Part shown: positions 28,273 to 38,186 of the stretch, piece by piece
How positions within the stretch are numbered: position 1 is the stretch's first letter
Layout: each line of letters starts with the position of its first letter
Assembly: GCA_963668315.1 (NCBI GenBank)
Contig: OY764216.1
Span: 5,152,001-5,216,000, forward strand
Direction: 5' to 3'
Length of the DNA: 64,000 nucleotides
Source of the DNA: Spirochaetia bacterium
GTDB lineage: Bacteria; Spirochaetota; Spirochaetia; DSM-2461
The notes under the pieces: model-generated
Database searches by the model: none
What the model was told of the DNA's origin: nothing
Seen by the model: the letters and a program-made list of their open reading frames with translations, nothing else
Translations under genes and position numbers: made by a program

Positions 28273-29517
28273 CTAATCCATCTGATCTGTCATTTTTTTG
28301 GGAAGTTCTTTGGAAGGCGCGGCTCCCAGCTCACGGAGCTCTTCGGCTCTCCGAATAAGGTTCCCCCTTCCCCGGACGAGTTTGCTGCCCGCCTCTTCAC
28401 TGGCTTTCCTGGCCATATCCAGAGCCCTGTCCACTTTTTCCAGATCGGCGGTGAAGCTCACAAACTTATCATAAAGCTGGCCCGCCTTCCGGGCTATCTC
28501 ACGGGCATTGCGGTTCTGCGCTTCAAACCGCCAGCTGCTCTCAACCGTTTTCAGCGTGGCAAACAGAGTGGTGGGGCTGACGATGACGATTCTCTTTTCA
28601 AAAGCCTCGGTAAAAAGGGAGTTGTCCCCCTGAATCGCCAGGGAAAAAGCCCCCTCTATGGGAATGAACATAAGGACCAGATCGATGGTGCTGACTCCGG
28701 GGAGACGGCTGTAGTCCTTTCCCTCCAGCTCCCGGACATGGGAGCGGACCGACTGCACATGGGCTTTTATGGCCTCGTCCCTCTCAAAATCGCTGAGAGC
28801 ATTAACCGCCGTGTCGTAGGCATTAAGGGATACTTTGGCGTCGATGATAATGTCCCTGCCGCCGGGCAGATGGACGATACCGTCCGGGCGGAAGCGGCGT
28901 CCTTCGTCGTCGTCAAAACTCCGCTGCGTTTCGAACTGCTCCCCCCTTCGCAGGCCGGACCGTTCCAGCACCGACTCCATAACCATCTCACCCCAGGCTC
29001 CCTGCGTCTGAGACTGACCTTTCAAGGCCCTTGTAAGGTTCTGCGCTTCCTCGCCTACCTGCTGATTGAGACGGGTGAGCTGTTCGATCTGCGTTCTGAG
29101 ACGGGAGGAATCCTCCACGTTGCGGGTGTAGGTCTTCTCCACCTGCTTCTGGAAATTCTCGATACGGGTATTGAACGGCTGGAGGAGAGCATTGAGTTTT
29201 TCGCTGTTGAGCGTGGTGAAGGAGCGGCTCTTCTCCTCGAATATCCGATTGGCCGCCACTTCAAACTGGCGCGTCATATCCTCCCTTGAGGTTTTTATAA
29301 AGGCTTCCCGTTCCTCCCGGGACCGGACTTCCACGGCCAGCCGGATATCAAGGGAAGCCTTCTCTTTCTCAAGAGCCGCCACCCGGGCTTCCAGGGAGGC
29401 ATTGCTCTCTTCAAGCTCCGCTTTCCGCCGCTCGACCCGCCGTTTTCCCGCGCCCGCGGCCAGAGCGCCCAGAGCAGCTCCGGCCAAAAGGAAGATAAAG
29501 GGTAAGATATTGTCCAT
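28273..29517 (-). CDS. rmuC: DNA recombination protein RmuC
   Basis: QGAWGE, RPD, IIDAKV, LMFIP.E, SPTTL. Confidence 0.95.
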   Translation of the reverse strand: MDNILPFIFLLAGAALGALAAGAGKRRVERRKAELEESNASLEARVAALEKEKASLDIRLAVEVRSREEREAFIKTSREDMTRQFEVAANRIFEEKSRSFTTLNSEKLNALLQPFNTRIENFQKQVEKTYTRNVEDSSRLRTQIEQLTRLNQQVGEEAQNLTRALKGQSQTQGAWGEMVMESVLERSGLRRGEQFETQRSFDDDEGRRFRPDGIVHLPGGRDIIIDAKVSLNAYDTAVNALSDFERDEAIKAHVQSVRSHVRELEGKDYSRLPGVSTIDLVLMFIPIEGAFSLAIQGDNSLFTEAFEKRIVIVSPTTLFATLKTVESSWRFEAQNRNAREIARKAGQLYDKFVSFTADLEKVDRALDMARKASEEAGSKLVRGRGNLIRRAEELRELGAAPSKELPKKMTDQMD

Positions 29518-29526
29518 AGGGGACTA

Positions 29527-30171
29527 TTATAGTTCCACCACCTCGTTGATTTCAAGCACGTAGGGTTTTATGGTTTCCTCCATCTCTTCGACCGTGATAT
29601 CCCTCGCTTTAATGACGATGAGCTCCTTGGTCATATCATCTCCCCTGGTGCTGCAGAAAGCCAGAATGTCTGCGCCCTTTTCATAGAGGGCACGGGAAAG
29701 ATTGGCCAATTCCCCCTTTTCCTGAGGACAGACGGCCGTGGCTCTGATGCCCTTCTGATGGGCTGAGAAAATCTCCAGGAAAACACTCAGCAGATCCGAC
29801 TCTGTAATAATGCCCACAAGCAGATTGCCCTCGAGAACACAGACTCCGCTCACGTCCTTCTCCTGGATGATCCGTGCCGCGTCTTCCACATGCATATCCG
29901 CCGTGACTGTCAGGGGGTCCTTTTCCATGACATCGGCGACTTTCATCTTGGCGAACAGAGTATGAATCTCAAATACATCAAGGGTCGTACAGTTGGAAGG
30001 AGAAGCGTAAAGAACATCTTTCTCGGTTATAACGCCCGCCAGCCTTCCCTTGCCGTCAACCACGGGGACGATGTCCACTTTTTCCCTTTTGATCAGATCC
30101 CGGGCGTCGGCCAGAGGCGTATCCGGAGTTACGGTATAAGGGTTCTTTGTCATTCTGTTTTTTACTAACAT
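29527..30171 (-). CDS. acuB: CBS-CBS-ACT protein (AcuB-like)
   Basis: MLVKNRMT, ASPS..TTL, two CBS domains and a C-terminal ACT-like region. Confidence 0.85.
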   Translation of the reverse strand: MLVKNRMTKNPYTVTPDTPLADARDLIKREKVDIVPVVDGKGRLAGVITEKDVLYASPSNCTTLDVFEIHTLFAKMKVADVMEKDPLTVTADMHVEDAARIIQEKDVSGVCVLEGNLLVGIITESDLLSVFLEIFSAHQKGIRATAVCPQEKGELANLSRALYEKGADILAFCSTRGDDMTKELIVIKARDITVEEMEETIKPYVLEINEVVEL

Positions 30172-30243
30172 GATTTCCTCCCTGCATTAATAAACGGGCG
30201 TAGCCCTACATTAAATATAATACCGGAAAGAGATGGGCGCAAC

Positions 30244-30867
30244 TTAATTTCTTATAAGGATATCCGCTCCGTCATGAACACCCCAGAGCCACTGCTCCCT
30301 GTCGGCAATAAGGGAGGCGGAAAGAAGAGCTTCGTTGTAGGTTATCAGATCTATCCAGGGTTCGAAAACATTTTCGGCGCGGTGGATGCGTATGACCCAG
30401 TTCGATTCGTAACGGGATTTCACAGGTTCCAGCCACTCGGGCCACTCCTCATAGTAACCCTCAATTTCACGATAGAGGTCACTCCCCGGCTTTTCCAGAG
30501 TGAATGTAATGTCTACGCCGCCGGCCCGGTAGCGGTACCGCCCGTCCCGGATGGTCACGTCAGGGGAATAGGCTCCGCCGTCGAGACGTTTTTTCTTGGA
30601 ATCGGAAAAAACAAGGGGTGTCAGAAACCCCTCATCACCGCCGCCTTCGAGCAGCCCCTTCTCTACGGGGAGGGTACGGTAGAGGCCGAACCTGTCAAGG
30701 CGGACGCTCCGTACGACACTGCGGGAAACGGATCGGCCGTATGCCGAATCGGAAGCATCGTCATAGACGGAAACAAAGGGACCATCCAGGGCCGCGAGAT
30801 AGGCACAGGGCCATAGGAGAGCAAATACCAGGACCATTCCCGCCCGGCGATGGGGTAATCTGATCAT
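30244..30867 (-). CDS. Hypothetical exported protein
   Basis: 207-aa ORF with AAGGAG RBS and signal-like N-terminus. Confidence 0.6.
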   Translation of the reverse strand: MIRLPHRRAGMVLVFALLWPCAYLAALDGPFVSVYDDASDSAYGRSVSRSVVRSVRLDRFGLYRTLPVEKGLLEGGGDEGFLTPLVFSDSKKKRLDGGAYSPDVTIRDGRYRYRAGGVDITFTLEKPGSDLYREIEGYYEEWPEWLEPVKSRYESNWVIRIHRAENVFEPWIDLITYNEALLSASLIADREQWLWGVHDGADILIRN

Positions 30868-30993
30868 AACCGGCTCCTTCCCGGCGGCTTCCGTAAAAGC
30901 CGTCTATCGTTCCGCTATGAATATTATAGCACGACCGGAGTGAATCCGACCGGCGAAAGAAGCGGATAATGCTTCAAATCACCGCCCAAAAAG

Positions 30994-31602
30994 CTAAAGG
31001 ACGGACAACCCGGAAACAACCAGTTCGAATATGGCTCTGTAATCTCCCCCGAAGGGAAGAACCGTATCCCCCCCATCCAGACGGTCCGCCAGCTTATCCC
31101 GGAAGGAAATCAGCTCAAGGACTTTCTGACCGTAAATTTCATGGGAACGTTTATCCCCGATCCAGACAGGTACGCCCGCCTCTATGAGGATCAGGATCAT
31201 CTCGATTATCTGGAAGAGCGAATCCTCTCCGTATCCTTCCAGCTTTACGGCGGAGACCCCTTTTTCCCTTGCTTCATCCATCCCGGAAAATTCTTCTCCG
31301 GGAAGAAATTCATCCGCCATGACAAGGGCGCCGACCCCCAGGAAGGTGGGAAAGGAGATAAACTCCACTTTCTCGTCTTCGGCCAGCAGCTCCGGCCGGG
31401 CAGCCACGGTCCAGGAACCGTCCTCTTCCTGAATATTGATAAGATGATTTATATAATCGCGGAAGTCATCGAGAGAGAATTCCTCGTCCGGCAGGTTTCC
31501 CAGACGGAACTGGCGCACCACGTTTCTCATGGATTCAACGGCGCCGCTCATCTTTTCATAATCGTTTTCCTTAGATTTAATAACTGTTTTCCTTAAATTC
31601 AT
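30994..31602 (-). CDS. Hypothetical acidic protein
   Basis: 202-aa ORF with GGAGG RBS; QEEDGSW resembles a prenyltransferase/cyclase repeat. Confidence 0.65.
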   Translation of the reverse strand: MNLRKTVIKSKENDYEKMSGAVESMRNVVRQFRLGNLPDEEFSLDDFRDYINHLINIQEEDGSWTVAARPELLAEDEKVEFISFPTFLGVGALVMADEFLPGEEFSGMDEAREKGVSAVKLEGYGEDSLFQIIEMILILIEAGVPVWIGDKRSHEIYGQKVLELISFRDKLADRLDGGDTVLPFGGDYRAIFELVVSGLSVL

Positions 31603-31702
31603 GAGAATCCTCCGATCATAGCCTCACTAAACGGTTATTCATGTTATCGGAATGGCCCTGTTTTGTCATCAAGGAAAAAGAGGATTTTGGAAAAAAGAAC
31701 AT

Positions 31703-32947
31703 CTACCGCCAGCGGGCTTCCAGGAGCTCATAAAACTTTCTGTCCCCGCCGGCCAGAGAGAGATACCCGCGGCTCTCCGCCCCCTCCCCTATGAGGCGGT
31801 CTATGATGGTATAGTAATTTTCCCCGCCGGTCATAAGATACCCCATCATGGCATAGTAAACGACACCCCGGTCCTCTCCGTCCAGGGCGGTCGCCCGAGC
31901 TCCCCCTTCCAGTAGATTCCGGACGGAAAGCCAATCGCCCAGGAAAGCGGCATACATCAGTGCGGTTCTCCCCTCTCCGTCCCTCCGCGTCACGGTACAG
32001 CCCCTGCTGATCAGCTCAGCGACGAGAAGAGAGCTGCCGCCTATCAGTCCGTAGTAGAGGGGCGTTTCGTGAAGCATCCTCCCCCCGTTCAGGTCGGCCC
32101 CTCCGTCCATCAGGATTTCGGCGTTTCTTTCCCGCCCGTAGTAAAGAGCCACGGCCAGAGGAGTTAGACCGGATTTGTCACGGAGATCGGGGTCGGCCCC
32201 CTGATCTACCAGAAGTTCGGTCATATAGGGAGTCTCAAGGGAAGAAGCCGCCATGAGAGGCGTGATCCCCTGACTGTCGGGAGAATCGGGATTCATACCC
32301 TGGAGAAGCATCATCCGCACCCGGGAATACTCCCCCGTCTCTATCCCTTCGAAAAGGGGATAGGCCGGAGCCCCCTTGTCCAGAATATTCAAAGCTTCCC
32401 GCAGATCTATTTTGCTTTTATAGATATCCTGCACGAGGGGAAGAGCCCCGGGAATGTCACCATAAAGATCGGCCCCCCACTCAAGAAGCAGATCGGCCGC
32501 GGCAAAACGGCAGGCGCCTACGGCCAGGGCAAGGGGAGAAAGCCCCTCCCCGTTGAATACTTCCACCCGGGCGCCCCTTTCAAGAAGAAGGCGCACCATT
32601 TTCACGTTTCCCCCGTAGGAAGCCACCATCAGGGGGGTCCACTCCTCCTTGTCGCGGGCCTCCGTATCGGCACCGTAATCAAGCAGCTGTACAGCCAGGT
32701 AATCCATTCCGTTTTCCAGAACGAATGTCAGCGGCGTTCGTCCCAGGGAATCGAGAGTTCTGTTCCCCAGGGAAGCGTCAAACTCTTCCTCGCCCTGCTT
32801 ATCAAGAAGCCGCGGATAGCGGTCCAGTATCTTTTCCGCGGCCTGCCAGTTCTGATTCAAGAGGGCGGTAAACAGGTCAATCTCTGCCGAGGCAAAGAGT
32901 AAGGGAGGAAATATAAACATTATTAGAGCCGGGATAATTCTTTTCAT
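31703..32947 (-). CDS. Exported ankyrin-repeat protein
   Basis: Multiple G.TPL..A....LL..GAD repeats and a signal peptide. Confidence 0.9.
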   Translation of the reverse strand: MKRIIPALIMFIFPPLLFASAEIDLFTALLNQNWQAAEKILDRYPRLLDKQGEEEFDASLGNRTLDSLGRTPLTFVLENGMDYLAVQLLDYGADTEARDKEEWTPLMVASYGGNVKMVRLLLERGARVEVFNGEGLSPLALAVGACRFAAADLLLEWGADLYGDIPGALPLVQDIYKSKIDLREALNILDKGAPAYPLFEGIETGEYSRVRMMLLQGMNPDSPDSQGITPLMAASSLETPYMTELLVDQGADPDLRDKSGLTPLAVALYYGRERNAEILMDGGADLNGGRMLHETPLYYGLIGGSSLLVAELISRGCTVTRRDGEGRTALMYAAFLGDWLSVRNLLEGGARATALDGEDRGVVYYAMMGYLMTGGENYYTIIDRLIGEGAESRGYLSLAGGDRKFYELLEARWR

Positions 32948-33035
32948 AGCCTTTCTGTTCAAGTATCGGCATCTTCCCCCATAGGGTCAAGTTCTGATAC
33001 AATTATGACACTAAGAAAGAATCGGAGGAAGAGAG

Positions 33036-34061
33036 ATGAAGTTGGATATTAGCCCTTTCGGAACGCTTGGTGATGAAAAGATCACCCGCTATGATTTTAC
33101 CACCGCCAAGGGTATTGTGTTTTCGGTAATAAACTACGGCGCCACCTTGATTAATGTGCAGATGCCCGATAAAAACGGGAATAACCTGCCGGTCGTGACA
33201 GGTTACGATACCCTCGAAGCCTACCGAAGCAGCCCCGGTTATTTCGGAGCCACCATAGGACGGGTGGGCAACAGAATAGCAAACGCCTCCTTTACGGTTG
33301 ACGGGACGGAATATAAACTGGAAGCGAACAACGGAACAAATAATCTTCACGGGGGACCGGTCGGATTTGACAGCGTCCGCTGGGAGGATGAAGTATTCTC
33401 ATCGGACAGTGAGGGGGGGGTCCGTTTTTCCTATACCAGTCCCGACGGAGAGTGCGGCTTTCCCGGAACCCTGAAAACGACCGTAACCTATACCTTTTCC
33501 GAAGAGGGAGAGATGAGGATAGACTACCGGGCGGAAACGGACAAAACCACACCGGTGAATCTGACCAATCATACCTACTGGAACCTTGCCGGACTGGGAA
33601 CGGGAGAAACCATCCTTGACCAGGAAATGATCCTCCACGCCTCCTCTTACAATCCCGTTGATGAAAGACTGATTCCCACGGGGATCGATCCGGTGGAAGG
33701 AACCTGCATGGACTTCAGGGAAAGGAGAATAATCGGACGGAAGGATATGCCCGCCGACGGCTATGACCACAACTGGGTGATCGACGGAAAGGGCCTGCGC
33801 GAAGCGGCGGTTCTTGTTCATCCCGGTTCGGGTCGCAAACTTACAGTGCTCACCGACCAGCCGGGCATGCAGGTTTACACATCGGGCTCCGTGGGCAAAG
33901 CGGCGGAAAGGACGGGGGAAACTTACAAGTTCATGGCCGTGGCCCTGGAAACCCAGAACTTTCCCAACAGCGTGAACGAGCCGGACTTTCCCGACTGTCT
34001 TCTTAAGCCCGGCGATGTATATGAGACATCAACGGTATTCAAGCTGGAACTGAACGCTTAA
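33036..34061 (+). CDS. galM: Aldose 1-epimerase
   Basis: GRVGNRI, LHGG, NLTNHTYWNL, GYDHN, ALETQ. Confidence 0.96.
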   Translation: MKLDISPFGTLGDEKITRYDFTTAKGIVFSVINYGATLINVQMPDKNGNNLPVVTGYDTLEAYRSSPGYFGATIGRVGNRIANASFTVDGTEYKLEANNGTNNLHGGPVGFDSVRWEDEVFSSDSEGGVRFSYTSPDGECGFPGTLKTTVTYTFSEEGEMRIDYRAETDKTTPVNLTNHTYWNLAGLGTGETILDQEMILHASSYNPVDERLIPTGIDPVEGTCMDFRERRIIGRKDMPADGYDHNWVIDGKGLREAAVLVHPGSGRKLTVLTDQPGMQVYTSGSVGKAAERTGETYKFMAVALETQNFPNSVNEPDFPDCLLKPGDVYETSTVFKLELNA

Positions 34062-34318
34062 AGAGAAACGCCCTCTTCCGCGAGAAGCTTTCTCTGCAAA
34101 TTCCCTCCCTGCTCATCGGGGAGGGAGATTTTCGGCCCTTTTCCGACAACACGGTGCCAGGGAAGATGGTACTTTTCGGTGCAGCTGTGAAGAATACGGG
34201 AAACCTGTCGGGCCCCCCGGGGAAAACCGGCCTCCCGGGCCACCTCTCCGTAGGTCATAATCTCGCCGGGCGGTATGGACTGAATAATCCTAATGACCCG
34301 TTCTGTCATCTCCGTCAT
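34058..34318 (-). CDS. Alkyltransferase-like (ATL, MGMT-family) protein
   Basis: TYGEVA, ARQV, PWHRV (Trp replaces the catalytic Cys), LAEEG. Confidence 0.9.
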   Translation of the reverse strand: MTEMTERVIRIIQSIPPGEIMTYGEVAREAGFPRGARQVSRILHSCTEKYHLPWHRVVGKGPKISLPDEQGGNLQRKLLAEEGVSL

Positions 34319-35958
34319 GGGGTTTTCTCCTCAGCCGGTGATACCGGTTGGATCTCGGGCGGGCGGGAGGGATCAAATCCCTTATCCAGAATCACATCGC
34401 CCTGGCGGTAAAGAATAGTGGAGGGAACTCCTTTCCCCCCGGCGTTTCCCGTGTATTCCAGAAATCCGAAGGTGATATGCACGCCCCCGTAAATACGGTC
34501 CTGAGCCGCCAGTATGGAGCGGGAGCGCCATCCCATGGATCTTCCCATCTCATGACTGCGGGCCGTCATCTCCTGTATTTCGCCGTTCAGCTTCTCCGCT
34601 TCTCCCTGCAGTTGGGTTTCGGCCTGCTGGAGCTTCTCCTTCTGTTCGCCGTTTCCCTTTTTCAAAAGACCGATTTTCCTGTCCAGTTCGTTCAGGTTCA
34701 GCCTTTTGGCTTCCAGATTCGTCAGAAGCTTCCGGTACGCATCCAGATCATCAGGATCAATCCCCATGATGACGGAAGTCGCCGGCTCATAAATGCCGCC
34801 CAGCTTTCGGCAGAGCAGTGATCCCCGGACGACGGCCGTGCCTCCCAGGAGTTCCGCCCGGCCCCCGGATAAAAGAAGATTCCCCTTGACCATGAGAGAG
34901 CAGTGCATCAGGGCTTCCTTGATGATGAGATCGCCCCCGGTGAAAAGGGAGGAACTCTCGCCGTATCTCGCCATCAGGGAACCGCCTGCCCGCACTTCGG
35001 CATCGTTATCGCCGTTGATCCCCTGCTTGAGAATAATATTCCTTCCCGCCGTTAGGGTGACGCGGCCTACGCACTTTTCCACCTCAAGATCCCCTCCGGC
35101 GGTGACGGAGAAACCGTCGGCCACGGTACCCTTGACCACGACCGAACCGCTGAAGGAGATATTACCCGTCTCATAATCCACATTCTGAACAGTGACAACC
35201 GGCTCTACGATAATCACATTCCCCTCGAGACGGGCATTCCCGTCCTGCAGAGCCAGAATGCGGCCCTCTTCCCGTGTACACCCTTCTCCGGCGTTTAGAG
35301 TCTCCCCTCCATCGGCAGGATCGGCAGACAGCACTTCCCCGGTGACTTTATAGCCGTTTACAGGGGGCTGTTCCGGCTGGAGATCGGCCAGGATATCACC
35401 CTCTTTTCTGTTCTGGATATAATTCAGTTCTCTCAGATCGATACGGCCGTACAGAAGCTCCCGGTAGGGAACGTGTTCCGTGACAAAGTGATATCTGACA
35501 CGGCTTCCCTTTCCATGGACGGGAAAAGCCCCGGAGGCGATTTTCACCTTTCGCCCGTATATTCTGCTGTCTACAAATTTCCTGACCCCGCCCTCATCAA
35601 TCCCCCGGGAGACGCCTTTTTCCTTAAGGGCGGCATATACCATCTCGTCGGTGATCTCTTCTCCGCCGGGCCTCGGCTGAAAAGCCGTCAGATAGGCGCT
35701 CATTCCGTCGGGAGCTATTTCTACGGAACAGCTTGTGGAAAGGGCTTCGCCACCGGGCCAGGGGCCCAGTTCCGCGGGAACTCCCTCTTCCGCCTGGATG
35801 ATCTCTTCGATCAGATTTGCCCTGACGGGAGGAACTCGGAGAATTTTCATGCGGGCCTGGACCTCATCGGAGTAGACCTTTCGGTCCCCCTCTTCCCGGG
35901 GGAAAACGGTTAGCCAGGCGCTTCCTTTGCTGTAGGATAGAGAAAAGCCCTTAATCAT
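34315..35958 (-). CDS. FapA/DUF342-family protein
   Basis: DGMSAYL, VDYETGNISF.GSVVVKG beta-helix, C-terminal coiled coil. Confidence 0.88.
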   Translation of the reverse strand: MIKGFSLSYSKGSAWLTVFPREEGDRKVYSDEVQARMKILRVPPVRANLIEEIIQAEEGVPAELGPWPGGEALSTSCSVEIAPDGMSAYLTAFQPRPGGEEITDEMVYAALKEKGVSRGIDEGGVRKFVDSRIYGRKVKIASGAFPVHGKGSRVRYHFVTEHVPYRELLYGRIDLRELNYIQNRKEGDILADLQPEQPPVNGYKVTGEVLSADPADGGETLNAGEGCTREEGRILALQDGNARLEGNVIIVEPVVTVQNVDYETGNISFSGSVVVKGTVADGFSVTAGGDLEVEKCVGRVTLTAGRNIILKQGINGDNDAEVRAGGSLMARYGESSSLFTGGDLIIKEALMHCSLMVKGNLLLSGGRAELLGGTAVVRGSLLCRKLGGIYEPATSVIMGIDPDDLDAYRKLLTNLEAKRLNLNELDRKIGLLKKGNGEQKEKLQQAETQLQGEAEKLNGEIQEMTARSHEMGRSMGWRSRSILAAQDRIYGGVHITFGFLEYTGNAGGKGVPSTILYRQGDVILDKGFDPSRPPEIQPVSPAEEKTP

Positions 35959-36009
35959 AGGCCTACTCTACCCCATTTGACAGGAGAAGACAAGTTTCTC
36001 CCGGGAAGA

Positions 36010-36654
36010 TTAAATATTCAAAGGAGCCAGATTCTCCTCGATAAGCGCGCCGAACCCATTGCGGAAATTCGCCGCCGCCCCATCGTCGATATCCAGCCTG
36101 TCCCCTTTCAGATGTTCGATATAAGAGGCGGCTCCCCCTTCGCGATATCCGGTCTGAAGAAGGGGAGTCAGGTCACTGTCAAGAAGAAGGAGCGTGGGAA
36201 AGCCCTGGATGCCCAGCGCCTGCTGAAGGATCTGGTTCTGCTCGACCACCCTGTCCTCCTGAACAATGGAAGAGGGAAAATCCAGAAAAACCATCACCAG
36301 ATTCTCATCGGCCCAGGAAAGGAATTCCGGCTGGGAGAACACCTCACCGGTCAGTTTCTGACACCAGATGCACCAGTCGGAACCGGTAAAATTCAGCAGA
36401 ATCATCTTCCCCGAAGCTTCCGCTTCGGCGGCGGCCTGCTCCATGCTTATGGTCCAGCCGTTGGGAGGATAGGCATTCTTATCGTAAACAGTCCCGCCGG
36501 CAGTCTCCGCAGTGACCTGAGAAGTCCCCTTGGCTGTTCCGCCCTCTTCATTGCCGTTGGCGAAGAGAAGGAAACCGGTTCCCGCTGCCAGAACAAGCGA
36601 AAGCAATATTATTAAAACTCTTTTTCCCGTCATGATTGTCTCCTGAAGTAACAT
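36010..36654 (-). CDS. Exported thioredoxin-family protein (start may be 36633)
   Basis: FTGSDWCIWC, DFP, GFPT. Confidence 0.88.
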   Translation of the reverse strand: MLLQETIMTGKRVLIILLSLVLAAGTGFLLFANGNEEGGTAKGTSQVTAETAGGTVYDKNAYPPNGWTISMEQAAAEAEASGKMILLNFTGSDWCIWCQKLTGEVFSQPEFLSWADENLVMVFLDFPSSIVQEDRVVEQNQILQQALGIQGFPTLLLLDSDLTPLLQTGYREGGAASYIEHLKGDRLDIDDGAAANFRNGFGALIEENLAPLNI

Positions 36655-36736
36655 ATACTTATTTGAATATATCCTTTTTGTCGGGAGAAGTCAATTTTTC
36701 GGGGAAAAAGATTTATTACGGTTTTGTCAGGTTCTT

Positions 36737-36777
36737 AAAAAAAAATACAGGAAATTGGAAGGCAAACAATTCCTGTA
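36737..36777 (-). terminator. Intrinsic terminator of the AT-rich lipoprotein gene
   Basis: TACAGGAATTG/CAATTTCCTGTA stem followed by T9 on the minus strand. Confidence 0.75.
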
Positions 36778-36786
36778 ATTGATTTC

Positions 36787-37515
36787 TTAGTATTTTCTAA
36801 CCTCATCGGGATTAGAAAATTCAACAGAACTCTCCATAATTCCACCAATAGAACGCATAGTGACAGGGCTGGTAATTCTTATTCTTACGTCAACGGGTGT
36901 ATTGGGAAAAGATTCATACGATGAACTTCCAACGCTTGCGACAACACCAACATAACCGGAGTTGAAGACTGTACCGGAATCTTCTATAGTATACCCATAC
37001 TGGGAATCATTAAAAACAATCCAAAACTTATTATCGGTAGTAGAATCCTCCCATATCTGTACCTTGTTTTCAACCCCATACCCCTTATTGAAGTTGATAT
37101 TGCTTCCCATAAGGGTCCAATCTTTTAACGTGGTTGTATTACCGTTAACTTTTTTATAAACATATATATAACCATCAGCAGTAACATTCATTCGATAATA
37201 GTTATCACTACTGGTATTCTGCTTTCCAAATATCAAGCCATAACCATAATCGACATTACCACTATTCTTTTTTATATAAGCAGTCAAACTTGTTGTTTGT
37301 AAATCATAATAAGCTGAGGTATCCCAACAAGAATTACTAGTCGATAGATATTGAACATCATTTGTGTAAAACTCTAAATTTGTACCATCCGATTCCCAAT
37401 TAATCGTTTGCACAGGTAAATCAGAGCTGGATGAAGCCCCTGGACAGGAAACAAGAAAACCTGTTAGAAAGCACGCAAAAAGAAAACAAACAGATAACTT
37501 AAGAAACTTTTTCAT
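36787..37515 (-). CDS. AT-rich lipoprotein with a beta-sandwich (lectin-like) domain
   Basis: Lipobox LVSC, AAGGAGAG RBS, GYGLIF..YYR..DG.......G pattern; visibly AT-rich codons. Confidence 0.75.
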   Translation of the reverse strand: MKKFLKLSVCFLFACFLTGFLVSCPGASSSSDLPVQTINWESDGTNLEFYTNDVQYLSTSNSCWDTSAYYDLQTTSLTAYIKKNSGNVDYGYGLIFGKQNTSSDNYYRMNVTADGYIYVYKKVNGNTTTLKDWTLMGSNINFNKGYGVENKVQIWEDSTTDNKFWIVFNDSQYGYTIEDSGTVFNSGYVGVVASVGSSSYESFPNTPVDVRIRITSPVTMRSIGGIMESSVEFSNPDEVRKY

Positions 37516-37619
37516 AATCTCTCCTTTTGTATATAATTACATGAACAGTCTATCACGGATTCACATAAAAGACACATGTTATTCACACAAAAGAGGATTT
37601 TTTGATTACTATTATCGGA

Positions 37620-38186
37620 CTATAACTCCCCCCGAATCCGAACATACTCCTGTTCAAAGTTCGGGGTGAGGATATTTTTGCCCAGGGCTTCTTCGATTTC
37701 TTCGAGTGACCAGAACCGTCCTTCCTCGATCTCTTCGGGATCGAAATGGATCTCCCCTTTCCAGACGGCTGTAAAAGAGTGGACCAGTTCGCTCTCCTGT
37801 TCCGATTCCCAGACGTAATTCACCAGCGGCCGGGGCGTAAAACCCTCTATTCCCAGCTCTTCCCGGGTTTCCCTGATCAGGGCATCTTCTATCCTTTCTC
37901 CCGAGTCCACATGGCCTCCTACGGAGGTGTCCCATTTTCCCGGCTGGATTTTCTTTATACGGGAACGTTTCTGAAGATAAAGGCGGCCTTCCCCGTCGGT
38001 GACATGAAGATGGACCACGGGATGGAGAAGCCCTGGCCCCCTGTGGCAGACCGTTCGGGGCGCCTGGGTCAGGACTTCCCCGGAAGGAGAGACGATATCA
38101 AACCATTCATCACCGGCGAATTGTTTCTTTCTGTATCTTAGAAGCGCCCGGGCGCCCATCAGCCTTATCGGTTTAATTCCTTCCAC
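37620..38186 (-). CDS. NUDIX hydrolase (IPP-isomerase/YfcD-like); start uncertain
   Basis: H...LLHPVVH, LQKRS, PGKWD, GGHVDSGE...RETREELGI. Confidence 0.9.
   Translation of the reverse strand: MEGIKPIRLMGARALLRYRKKQFAGDEWFDIVSPSGEVLTQAPRTVCHRGPGLLHPVVHLHVTDGEGRLYLQKRSRIKKIQPGKWDTSVGGHVDSGERIEDALIRETREELGIEGFTPRPLVNYVWESEQESELVHSFTAVWKGEIHFDPEEIEEGRFWSLEEIEEALGKNILTPNFEQEYVRIRGEL

Noticed and set aside
30868..30993. Possible riboswitch in a GC-rich intergenic region
   Set aside because: No recognisable aptamer consensus; explained by a TATAAT promoter, a short hairpin and an RBS.
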